From Ancylonema sp. (taxonomy: Eukaryota), in the NCBI GenBank assembly GCA_050230475.1, contig JBFLGF010000123.1, positions 1 to 62,088 of the forward strand: a stretch of DNA of 62,088 nucleotides. The letters are read 5' to 3'. Shown here in pieces: positions 1 through 12,400 of the stretch; positions within the stretch are counted from its first letter, which is position 1, and each line of letters opens with the position of its first letter. The translations under genes and the position numbers were made by a program. The notes under the pieces were generated by a model. The model did not search any database and was not told the origin of the DNA. It saw only the letters and a list, made by a program, of their open reading frames with translations.

Positions 1-203
1 TGACCCTAAAATACTTACGAAAAGGGTGGGTCGGGTCAAATTATGTTTTTTTAAGTGGGTCATTCTATAATGTGGGTCACCCGATACTAAATATTTTTTT
101 CAGGATTTTGGGAAATTTTATATTGGGTGCGCGGGTTGGGTCAAGTGGTGTTTTCTTGGCTAAATTCATTTGTTTAAAAAAACCGGGTCATTCTGTATGG
201 CCA
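1..203. mobile_element. MITE family A copy (CCGTA-type TIR, Tc2/pogo-like), left end outside window
   Basis: Near-collinear with 15801-16012 (aagggtgggtcgggtcaaatta...gtgggtcattctataatgtgggtcac...tatattgggtgcgcgggttgggtcaagtggtg...ccgggtca..tgtatggccac). Confidence 0.75.
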
Positions 204-478
204 CAAAAAAGATTGGAAAAAAAAAAAAAAAAAAAAAAAAAGGCGATTTTTTTTTTTAATAAAAAAAAATGTTGTTTCAACCTGCTGGACCACACGTCTC
301 GACAACTGCTGGACCACTCCGACATCAGCCCTTTGCCCCATCCTCCGCCCACAACTCTCCCTACATCCCTCCCCCTCCACCTTCCCCTCTAACCCCTGGT
401 CTGTACGCCACCTATCCTCTATCCGTACCTACTCACCTGCCCCCATACCAACCCCAAACCTGACACCTTGTCTCTCAC

Positions 479-3400
479 CTCTCCAGTATCCACTTTCGTC
501 AGCTCTGTCCGTAAAGCGTCCCCGCCGAATTCCAGCCCCCCTCCCATCCCATCCAGGGCATCCACCCCAAAGTTGAAGTCCACGCCTGCCACCGCCACGC
601 TGCCCCCATCCAGGCGGAGGGAGGCAGTCACAGCTGGAACTGAACTCCCCCAAAAAGAAACCCCTTAGAAAAAAAATGAGGCCCATAGTAAGCCAAAAAC
701 ACCCAGAAACACACAAACACAATATCCCCAAACATAACAAAATAAATAAGCGGGGCCAGTAACCCCCCCCCCACCCCGCAGAACAAAAACTCCATGCAGT
801 ACTGGGGACTGCCGCCACCACCCCCTCCCACCTTGCGGCACGAGGATCTGAAACTGGTTCGTGACCGCTGTCGCATTCCCACTCGCCATCTGGTACTGAA
901 CCAGATAAACCCCGGACACATTCGCAGTGAAACTACACCCCACCTCCCCCCCGCCGCCCAGGACGCACTCCAGCCTGCTCCCCCCCCTCCCACCCCCCGC
1001 GCCCCCGCCCCCCGCGCCCCCCCCCATGGGCTCCCGCGCCGAGCTCGCCACCACTGCCACGTCAGCGTCGCTCTGCAGGGGCACCGCGATGCCCCTGCGG
1101 TCCCTCGCCTGGATGGAGAATTTTGTGGGTCCCGCCCCCAGGCCGCCCCCCATGAGCTGCCCCCCGATATCCTCCCCGAACTCGTTGATTGCCGCCACCA
1201 GGTTGCCCCGCGGCGGGCCCGCGTACGGCTGCACGACGACACCTGGCGCGCTCTCCGCCAGCGAGGCCGTGCCCAGCTGCACGTTGATGTGGAGGCGGTA
1301 GAGGGACGAGGGACCGGAAGCGGGTGCTGGGGTATAGTCAACCCGGAAATAGCATCCCGAGAGGGGGGTGAGGGTGTAGGTGGGCAGGGACGAGGGTGCC
1401 CCCGCCCCCGCCCCCCCCTGGTCCACCGAAAACAGCACCCCCAGCCGCGCCTGATACCCGTTCGCGGTCGACGTGTTCACCGGGTACCCGCCCCTGTCCC
1501 TCAGACAGATCCCGAACGCGGCCCCCTGCCCCGCCACCGCCCCCGCCCTGAACCCCGCCCCGAACACGGTGCTGTGTCTGCGCGACACGGGGCCGGGGAC
1601 CACCCGCGACTCGTACGGTTTCGACGTGTACGGATCGCCCACGGGACCCCCCCCAAAGGTCGCGTGGTACTGCAGGAGCCCAGGGGCGGGGGGGGTGAGG
1701 GCGAGGACGTAGGTACCCGGAACCGGCTCCGTGGAGTTCAGGTCCATGCTGGACCCGGTTAACCGCGTCTCAGTGGTGACACCCGTCCCCGGGTCTGTGG
1801 TCTCGATGGTCACCACCGACATTTTCGCCACCAGGTCGTTCTGCCCTGACACCGGATTGCCGTACCTGTCGCGGAGGGTGAGGTTTAGGGTGCAGGGGCT
1901 GTCGGTGAGGAGGGGGTAGGTGGGCCCCAGTCCGGATACCGTACTGTGGGCGCCAGCTGGCAATGCTGCCTGAACGACTAGCGACAGGTTTCCGTTCCTC
2001 ACCACCAAGCCCCCCAGAGTGACCACCACCCCGTATGTGCCTGCCACCTGGGCTGTTACTTTCGCCTGGTAGATCCCCCCCCCCGCTGACTGGACGGCCA
2101 GGGGGGCGACAGCTGGCGTACCCGCCCCTCCTGGGACACTTGTCACGCTCACGTTGAACGGCACGGGTCCCGATGAGACCAGATTCCCGTACGAATCCAG
2201 GGCCGCCATCTGGACCATCCACGTTGCGCCAGCTGTCAGCGTCGGACTAGCAGGCCCCATCGCCAGACTCTCTACCGGGCTCACTGCGCCAGGTGTCACC
2301 GTCACCTCATACGACGAAAGAACCGCCCCCTGCAACAAAATCTCGACTGTAGCGGGCCCCGCTACAGTCGCGTTGTAGCTCCCCACATACACCCCGTCCT
2401 TCCCGTACGACTCCAATACCCCCGTCGAGTAATAACCCCCCCCCCCCCGCACCAGGAACTGGAACACATCCCCCCCCCCCCCCCTCTGGAACCCGTTCGA
2501 GTCCGCTGACTGGATCCGTATGCCAGCTGGCACCCCCACGACGGCCCCCCCCAGCCCCGACCCCGACAGCACCACCCCCAGGGGCGACGCGGGCCCGGCC
2601 ACCGCCTGAACCCTAAACGGCGACCCCGCCGCCTGAACCCCAAAACTCTGAACCCCGACGTCGAAAAACCCCACCCCCTGGGGCGTGTAGGTGACTGCGT
2701 ACAAACCCCCCCCCACGTATTCGATCCCCGAGGGGACCGTCCCAGCGACACCTGTCGTGTTCGCACTGGGCAGCACCACCACATCCCACGCCTCCCCCCC
2801 CCCCTCCACCACACTCTTATTGCCGTCTCTAGACGTGATGTGGAAAGTGGTCGGCGTCAGGGCTGTCAGCACCCCCCCCCCCCCAACCCCCTCCCCCCCA
2901 ACCGCACTGTCTCTGGGACTCACTACGGGGGACGACGATAAGGAGGGGGGGGGGCGGGATGGGGGTCCGAGGGTGGGGAGGGTGGGGGAGAAGGGGGGCG
3001 CTGAGCTGGCACCAGCAGGGGCAGCAGTTACCGTGACCGCAACAGAGCCCCCTCCGCTGACCACCTGGGAATTCACCTGGAGGGTGACAGTGTACGTCCC
3101 TGGGGTGGGCGCACTAAACAGAGCCAGGTAGCTCCCGTTATAAAGGTTCAGGTAGGGTACCGGTATCGAAAGCCCCCCGGATCCGGCATAAGAGAAATTC
3201 AGGAGGAGAGGGGGTGAGATCGGGTCAAACGGCCCCCCATTCCCCTGGGCGTCCCTGGTGGTCACTTGGATAGGTAAGGTCGTGCCAGCTGGCACTGTGA
3301 GAGGGCCTGACGTGTCCACCTTCGACTGGGCGGCGGACACAGGCCCCCTGAACACAGGCACGGAGAACGGACTGCCTGCCACGTGTCCGGCCGGGTTCCC

Positions 3401-6400
3401 GTCGACTGCCAGCTGTACCGACACCTGAAAACTCCCTGAGGGCGGCGCCACCGGCGGCGCGACGTAGGTCACCAGAAACCCCCCACCCCCCCCCAACCCC
3501 GCCAGGCTGGGTGGCACAGCCCCCAGGGGGGAAAGGGTGACTATCAAGGTATCGTTTGACCCCCCTCCCCCCTGCAGACGTCCCTGGGATGTCACTGCCT
3601 GTACATAGAAAGAAGCCTGTTCCCCTGCCATTGATTTTATAAGCCCGGATCCGAAGGCGTAGGAGAGGGGGGGGGAGGTTGGGGCGGGGAGGACGGTGAC
3701 TGCTAGCGGGGGGCCTGGGATGTATTCCCCCCCCAGGTACGCCTGCACCAGGAGACTCCCAGGTGTTTCCAACAGAGCGCCAGTGCTGCCTCCCCCCGGG
3801 CCCTTCGTGCCTACCGGCGCCCCCCCCTCCGTGCTGCCCCCCGTGTACGAGAACTCCAGCCCCCTGCTGTCGACATTTGGCACGACGTTATTCAGGCGGT
3901 CGCGCGCCGTGAGCGCGACAGCTGGCGGCGTGCCCTGGAGCCCGGTGGGGGAGAGGAGGGAGACGGAGGAGGTGGAGGCGGTTGGGGGGCCGGGGAGGAT
4001 GAGGAGGGTGCGGTTGGGACCCAGGACCTGCTCTCCGTTCAATACGACCGAGAGAAGGAAGGTTCCCGCCACCGGGGACGAGATCTGGGCTGCCAGGTGG
4101 CATGCCCCCCTGAGGCTCTGACAGAAGCTGAGCTGGCAGTCCGGGGACGGGGTGCAGGACCCGACCACGGACGGGGCGCCAGCTGTCACCGTCCCGTTGG
4201 CTGCCGCAGTGAGTTGGGCCAGCGAGATCTCACAGCGTGGAGCAGGGGGGATCGGCACGGGGTTCAGGTACGAGTCAAAGAGGTACACCTGTACCTCCCC
4301 CTGCTCGCCAGCTGTCAGGTTCCCCATCCCCGACCCGTGCACAGCCGTCACTTCCGGATCGACCTTCCCCGGGTACACCTGGATCGCGTCCCCACCGCCC
4401 CCCCCCCCGATCGCCGCCCCACCCAGCGCCCCAGCCAGCGTGAACCTCCCCGCACGTGTGAGCACGAGGTCCCCCAAAACCCCCCCCTGCCTGAACCCCA
4501 ACACCCCCTGCACGGGCTCCAGGTTCCCCACAGTCCCCAGGCAGGTGGTATCTGGGGTGGCCAGCACAGAAAACCCCTCCCTGGGGACAGCTGGCACCTC
4601 GTACACCTGCGCGTTCCCAAACTCGTCCCGGGCCACGAACGGGACGGACACCGCGGCGCCAGCTGGCGTCGATTTCGGCACGGCGCCCAGTCGACAGGTG
4701 GCGGCCGAGGAGGGCGCGGGAGAGACGAGGACAAGGGGGGATGTACCGTCTTCCCTCAGGACCCCCTCCCCTGCCACACACGTGTCACAGACCAGACTGT
4801 AGTTTCCCGCCACGTCCACTTTAAAGGTCGCATTCCAGCCCGCCCCCCCCCCCGCCCCCCCCCCGTTCGTATACCCCCCAACCGCGAGCGGGAACGACTT
4901 CCCCCCCCCCACCAGACTCATCCCCAACCGCATCGTCTGCAGGGTGGCATCCGAAACCGCTTCCAACCCCCTAGCATCCACAGGGACAATCTGCACCCAG
5001 CTCCCCACGCCAGCTGTTGCGTCCTCGAGCCTCCTAGCGAGCAGCCCCGCCACGGGCCCTGACGCGGTCACTATCTTCAGGAACAGGGGCCCCGTTCCGA
5101 TCAGATACCCGTTCACCGTCACATACCCGACGTACGACTCGTTCACCGCCCCGCTGTACGTCACCAGGTACGTGCCGTCCCCGTTGTCGGACGTCCGTAC
5201 GGACACGTCCGTGGACAAGGGGGGGATGCCCAGGGGGACATTCAGCGGCCCCGGGGCATCGAGCACCTGGGGTACGATTCCCACCTGAACCAGATCCCCC
5301 CCCACCCGCTTCCTGTTCCCAAACACGTCTGCCCCCCTCACCACAAACGAGACCTCCGTGTTTTCCGCCCCCCCCAGCGCCCCAGCCCCCTCTGCCGTCG
5401 TTTTCGACGCGTCTGCGGGGCCCGCGCTAATCTCCCACAGAAAGGGGCTGGCCAGGAGGGGCACCCCCCCCAGGAACACCTCCACTAGGGCCCTGCCAGC
5501 TGTCTGCCCACTGAAGAACGACATGTAATACGACCCGTTCGCGCCCCCCCTCTGTACAGTCACACTCCCCAGAGGCACGCCCCCGCCCCCGCCCCCGCCC
5601 CCCCCCGCCCCCCCTACAAACAGGACAGCTGTCGCGCTCAGGTTCTTCCCCTGGGCCGCATTCCCCAGAGCGTCTCTGCACAGGACTGTGAATCCGGCAG
5701 TGGAGTTCACTGGGGCGGAGTTGGGGGGGGGCGGGGCGGGGGCGGTTGTAATGGGGTCTGCTGGGCCCGCTACCACAGTGACAGCTGGCAGTTGGGTGGC
5801 CGCGAAGGTGTAGAGCACCCCCCCCCGGAGGACGCGGATGTCGGCGGTCCAACCCCCGGGTTGGGGGGGGGAGAAGGAGAGGGTGTAGGTGCCGGTGGGG
5901 GAGGTGGTGAGGGTGGCCGGGCCCGGGTATTGCAGGGGGGGGGTACCCGGGGGACCTGTCAGGGTGGCGGTTATTAAATCTCGGGGATCGGATTGGATTG
6001 CCTTGCCGCCGCTGTCCTGGAAGACAAAGCTGAGGGTCGCCACCTGGCCTGCTGCAAAGGTGCCAGGTGGCATCGCCACGAGGCCGACGGGTGTGGGGAG
6101 GGTGACAAGGACGGGGTTTGGGGGGGAGAAGGTGAGGACGGTGGTCCCTGTGGTGTCTGCCACCTGGACGACAAGGGTGTACGCGCCAGGTGTCTGCAGG
6201 AGAAGGCAACAGGGGCAGGGTATTGATACAGATCCTAAAAAAACACCCCAAAAAAAATAAAAAACAGGTTGGGTTGGGAAAAGTTTTTTTCGACTCCTTC
6301 GACAGAAAAAAAAGAGGTTATGAAACAACAAAATTCTGTGTACGACATAATATGTATAACCGGCCATATGTATCCCGGGTATTGCAATACCCGGTACTCT

Positions 6401-6948
6401 GTGTGCATTCACCCGTATGCCATATCCGTCTGGGAGGGTGTACAACTGTATATCCATATCAATGTATGCATACGTGTATGGACACATGAGTGCATGCATA
6501 TACTTATGAACACATAAGAGCGTGCATACATACATGGACAAATCAGTGCATGCATGTATACGTATCGACATGTCAGTGCATGCAAACTATACATGAGCAT
6601 GCAAACGTACCCCATCTCAAGGAGATGATGACCCAGAACCCACCTGCAACGTATAGTTGGCCACCAGCTGCACCGAGGTGCTGCCACCTGTTGCCAACAC
6701 ACGCGCCTCCGTCACCACTTCCGTACCCGGGAGGGGCCCGGTGAGCGCCACCTGGGACCCTGAACCGACCTCGCTGGAGAGGTTGCCACGTGTCCCATAG
6801 GCGAGCTGCAGCTCCAGTGCCACGCTGACACCTGTCCCTGCCACCACCGCTGAGAGACCGCTTCCCGTGAGAGAGGCGGCTGCGGTTTGGAGGATCGAAG
6901 GGGTGCTGACAGCTGTCGTTGCCAGCTGTCGGCTCCTCGAAGAGCCAC
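479..6948 (-). CDS. Very large filamin/Ig-like repeat protein (GEX2/FUS1-like architecture); 5' and 3' ends unresolved
   Basis: Exons 6948-6644, 6193-832 (5.36 kb, open) and 639-479 have phase-compatible GT-AG sites (LQ|TPGAY; PQG|VPAVT). About 15 filamin-type motifs (RDALGN, GADVFGN, RDEFGN, RDAQGN, LDSYGN, RDRYGN; DNGDGTYLVTY; GSPF). Further 5' exons probably lie at 7270-9006, with a hydrophobic signal-like MGRKL...LYCLLISVLL at 9006. Confidence 0.85.
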
Positions 6949-9492
6949 CTGTGTTGCGTTCAAGGGTTGGAATATCAGAATAGAGGAATACGGGAGTTTG
7001 GAAATGCTCTATGAGAGCTCCACGTGTCATTACCCTGTTGGAATTTGTTCCCTCCTCCCTGTTACTTTCTCCTGTCTGGGTCCCATACCTCGCCCACGTA
7101 CGTCCCTTGACAGCAGAGAGGCCTGACCAAATCATCAATATTATGTTACTTTTTTTTTACTTTTTTTTTTTTTCATGACGGTGCATATTTATTACCCCGA
7201 TTCCGATGCTACAGACTCCCCCCTAGACTGGTTGCTATCAAGACCTAGAGCGCCAGGTGGCGTTGCTTACCTTCCAACCCTGTACGGGCTAAACCCACTC
7301 CAGCCTCCTCCCCTTCTTCCCCCTCAACACTGCACAAATTCCACCCCTCACAAGGTCAACGACTGGCCGAAGCTGCTAACCAGGGTAAGCTTCCCGAGTC
7401 AGCTTGCTCTGTAGCGACTCAGTCGAGGGGAGACAGAGTGTGACATCTGTCAAGAGTCTTTCTCTGATGGTCACACATCCTTTCTCCTCCACACAGATGG
7501 ACTCTGTACCTTTATGTTGGTGTTATTTTCATTTGTATTTTTAGTTTAATATATAATTAATTAATATATAATTAATTAATATAATATAATATAATATTTT
7601 TCATGCTACAAACACGTCAACACTCGGTAGTTTGACTCCAGAAACATACCCCCGATCCTCTATCTGTTATGTCAGAGCATACGCTGCAAGAGAGGTGGGT
7701 AGCAGTTTCATGAGGGTTTTTTTATTCCCCATTTACATAATTATTCATTATCATTATTATGAAAATAATAATCCGTTCATCCTTGATTTTTTCGGACCTT
7801 TGTTTTTTCCCGGAGACTGATTGAGGATCCAATAAACACACTCTCTGTTCATTCCCGGATAGGTCTTACCTTGGCGACGAATCTCTCTCAAACGCCACGT
7901 GGCTGATTGTCTGTGGCTGGCTCTCCTCATGTGCCCAAGGACTGCTTGCAGAGGCTGCAAAGGCGCTAAGGAGAAAGACTTGGTGCTCACATTCTGTACG
8001 ACTTACTCCACTTACTGACCACCATAATTACATGATAATATCTATCCTGATGTTGTCGGAGGATTGTGATTTCACACAGTCCCTCCCTCACTAGGTAGGC
8101 TAGTATGGCAGAGCTGTTACCAGTGGCAAATCTTTTTACCAGTAGGAGATCTCTCTACCAGTCCACAGGAGATATCATATGTGTGAGACTCAGTCGGTTC
8201 CCTATGATGACCACATAACCGATATTGTATGTTGATATGTTTCAGGTTCATGTACCTTGATCCACGTGCGAAAACACTTTTTTTTCATTTGAGAGCGAAA
8301 GATGGAGGTTATATGAATGCAATTTCTAGAATGGCACGAGAAAGTACGGGTTGTGGTTGTATGTCAAGCAGGCACTCGCAAAGTCGGCCTAATCTTGGCA
8401 CGGCACGTAGCCAAGTCGAGCACCCGACTCATCATTGGGGCTCGAGATGCAGTCCAGTAATCACCAGGTTTCTCCACAAATGTGATGAACGCGTCTCTCT
8501 GCTTCATGATTGATACCAAATACTGATTGAGTATGGTGGGATGAATAAAGAAGGGATACATTTACATCACATGTTTCTGCAATGACTCCTCCGTTCGTTT
8601 CACGTTTCGTTTCGCTTGACCTCATGTGTATAAGTAGGGGTGTTGCTACCGAAAACAAAAAAAATAAAATTTTCAGAACTTCAGTTTCTACACAGGTAAA
8701 GCTGGGACATTGATACAACCGTAACGTTCAGTCTATATTTTAATGTAAGCGGTAAGCAATGAAAATATTTGGCCTGGGGAATATAATGGCGCTAAATTCA
8801 GCGCCGGCGAGAATTTGTCGCTGACTCTGTTTCCTTCGATTCTTCAGCGTCACAACGGTGAAAAAATTACCACAATGATCTCTATACCTCATCCTTTCGA
8901 AAGGTACGCTTGGATTACCTCTTGAATAGACTATCTGGTTGAGCAGTACAGAAATGAGAAGGCAATATAGGATCTCCCCAGCAGGGCAACTCAGCTTCCT
9001 CCCCATCGGAAGCTCCCTCTTTGAACCACAGAATTGATACTGTTATCTAACCATCGAAGCGGTCATATTGGTTCGTGACCAGTCCCTGGCCGTCCGACTC
9101 CATTGTACAAGGCTGCCAGTCGTCGGACTAGGAAGGCTGCTGAAGAGCAGCGGAGGAGCAGCTCCGTTGGCGAGGGACAGAAAAACGAAAATTTGAAAAG
9201 TAAGGTATGTCGGTTCCGTACTTTTGAAAACGTGCCAAAACGGATTGTCATTATTGTTCCGTACAAATCGTGTCGCGTTCAAGGTTGATCTGAACCCCAT
9301 CAGATCCATCAGGACTTCTCTTCTGGGCGAAGGAGCGCTGGGGGGAGAACATACCACTCACTTACCTCACGGGAATATCGCAAAACATCGAGTAATCGAC
9401 ATATCGAACCTAAGTTTTGTAGAAGAGGCAAGCCTGAAAGACTGCTTCTGTCCCGGTTTTCGAGGGATTTGTTCTCGATCGGAAGGCATACG

Positions 9493-12400
9493 ATGTCGGA
9501 CGCTCACGCCTGTTGGCTCTGCTCTCCGCTTGGAACAACAACCTCGGCAGGAGACTCGCCCCTCTCACTCCACCTATCAGAAACAGAGCCCAGTAGATTT
9601 CTACAGCTGGTCTTGCATTATCTGAGACCTTTTGACGGCGTTCCTGTGACAATCGAACGGCTGTCCGGCCAGGTTAGCCTTCAGATCACCACCCGCATTG
9701 CGCTTTCGGTTCGGTATCGTCCGCAAGTCTGGCAGTCGACTTTGTTATCAGGACCGAATACTTTAAAAGCGATGAACTGGACATCAATTTTTGACTGCAT
9801 TGGCCCATTTGTCACAATTGCAGAAGTGATCAGTGTATCGGTAGCTTGTTTTAAAAGTAGTGGTTCTCGTAGTCATTCGAGTTTATACCATCAAAACCTA
9901 ATGCTCTCATAAAAATCAAGTTTCTTGACTGGTTACCCGCTTTCAAGCTTTCAAGATGATGGTGCGCCAATGAATGGAATTAAGCCTTCTAGTAGTCCAC
10001 CCGCAGGACCAACCTGTTCTAAACCGCTCCACTGAAGCAGTCACGGATCCCATCACCATTGCTCGATCCTTAGCATCTGCTGCGGGAGCTGCGGCCTCCG
10101 GAACACTGTTTGGGGCCGCTGGGGAGGCAGAAGCAGAGGTAGGGGGTTGGGTTGGGGTTTAGCGGTGGATAACTTCCTGGAAGTGCCAATGAAAAAATGA
10201 AGATGAGCGGAACCCGCAATGCTGACACTGGCCTCTCTCTTTATTGCCATTCACAATTTCTGCTAATTGTGGTGAGTTTTGGGTCGTGAAGTACGGACCC
10301 GTCTCCTTCGTTTGTCCCATCCAGGTGGACCGATTCCTGACCTCATCGCATGTGGAAACCCAGTCAGCAGTCCAGTCAGAAGGGCAGTCAGCAGTCCCCA
10401 ACCGCATTCAAACCCTCAATATCCACCTTGCTACACGATCCGTGCTGGTTGGCAGCCGTGCGGTTATCACGGTTGCTGACCTGGCAACCTTCAGTTTCCT
10501 GCATGGCCAAGTGGTGAGTTTTGGTGATGGTCTACCAGGGAGGGTTGGGGGATGGGAGGGAGAGATGGGTGGGTTGGGAAGGATGTTAAGTATGGAGGTG
10601 GGGCAGCACGGCCCATACCAAACGAGGGGGTCTGGTTTCATGATACTGATGGCCGGAAGATTGTATTTTTCAGGTGGACTCTTTGTAATTTGTTGCTGAT
10701 GTGGCATGCTGTGGTGGCTGCAGGTGAATATGACAGAGGAAGATCGGGCGACTGTACCAAACTTCATGAGGTGGTTTGACTTTGTGCAGGTAGTAGCCAG
10801 AACTCGCCTTTGAATATCTGGCTATACCTTGTACTATCAACTACTGTTAACCTATGTGGTTTCCAATATCAGGGTTTTGATACCAGCCACAATTTGGTTG
10901 GTACAGTAAATCCTGTCTGAAGGAATACTGTTGGGACCGGGAAATTATATTATATTCCTTTAGACTGGTTATTCACCTAGACAGGGACGGTCTTAACAAA
11001 TCCGGGTTTGGGACCGGAATTTGTTATTCCTTCAGAGATGTTATTCCTTTAGACAGTATTCCTTTAGATTGGTTATACTGTATCTGGAACAAATCGCTGA
11101 ACCGATCCGAGCTGCAGGATCAGGTTCAGGATCAGGTTTGAGTATTTTTTTCCAGTTTCAAACCGTTTGCTTCCTGACTGTGTGCTGGTTTTCTCTTTTC
11201 AGTGGAGGGGCGATACAGACTCCGACTACGACAAGTTGCCTGTACCAAAACCCAAGTTCAGCCCCCCTGTAAGCAATTTAGGGTTTGGCTCCCAGGTTCT
11301 TGGTTGGGTAGCGCATGGGTAGGGAGGGTAAGAAGGATTATAAGTAGGGGTCTCCAACAAATGTTCTTCGGAACTGTACCCTTCATCTGTCGTAAAGAAA
11401 CGGTTCCCATTTTGCTTCAGGACTGATAGATAGGACTCGAAGTGATTGGTTGTGATTTTGATACAAATTGATGAGTAACAGAAGCAGTATCCTACCGTTA
11501 CTACCGCAGGCCCCATTGCCTCCCACCCCCAAAGCTCCAGCACCTGCAGCATCTGAGAAGGCGGCATCTGCCACGTCAGCGCCAGCAAGTCAAAGCAGCA
11601 AAATCAACGAAAACCCCGAGGCAGACCGCCATAAACCCCAAAACCCTGAACCAAACTCCGCCCCACCCCCAGCTTCTGCGGGGGGGGCAGCAGAACCAGG
11701 AGACGAGAGGGCAGTGGGGAACGGGTCAGCCAGTGGCGTGTTGCCACCTGGCGCGGCAGGAGAGGGTGGGGGAGTAGGGGGTAAGGAGAAGAAGAAGGAG
11801 AAGGAGAAGATGGAGAAGGAGAAGAAGGAGAAGAAGGAGAAACCTCCTGCCCAAAAGAAGGAGGTGGATACGGGTATCAGTGTGGTGGACATACGGGTGG
11901 GGGAGGTGAAGAAGGTCTGGAAGCATCCATCTGCGGACACGTGAGTGGCTCCCTGGGGCGGCGGTCAGGAAGCGGGGGGGGGTCTGGAATTAGAGGGGTT
12001 TGTAGTTTTCGTAGTTTGTATTCCCCACACCCCCCCCCATAAATTGTGTGAGGGCTTGGAATGTAGAGTGGAAAGGAGGTCGAGGGGCCGGGAAGGGGGG
12101 GGCTGGGTTACGAATCTTATTGAATCCGGTGAGGATCTTTGGTTGGGAGCGTATGAGATGGGGCAGAAGTATGGGGGTGGGGTTGAGGGGGTGGTGGGTG
12201 AGTACGGAAGGAGCAGCATGACCCGAGCCTAAGTTTTGTTGAGTAATTTGTGAGGTGTCTCTGATTGGTCCGGAAACATCCCAGGGGACTATGTGTGGCA
12301 GCGGTTGGAAAGGGGTTGGGGATGTGGGGAGAGGCTCGGAATGGATTAGATCAGAGGGGCGTGGGGTTTATAGAGTGTCAACGTTGAAGTTGACTGTCGG

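Noticed and set aside
628..6260. Many long overlapping ORFs on other frames and strands of the filamin exon
   Set aside because: Shadow ORFs of GC-rich coding DNA; low-complexity Pro/Arg/Gly with no motifs.
6194..6571. N-terminal 126 aa of the 1968-aa ORF
   Set aside because: Intron read-through: GT at 6643 and AG at 6195, RY-rich and T-rich sequence.
7089..9411. Candidate small minus-strand exons upstream of the filamin exons
   Set aside because: Several mutually incompatible splice paths; cannot be resolved without transcripts.
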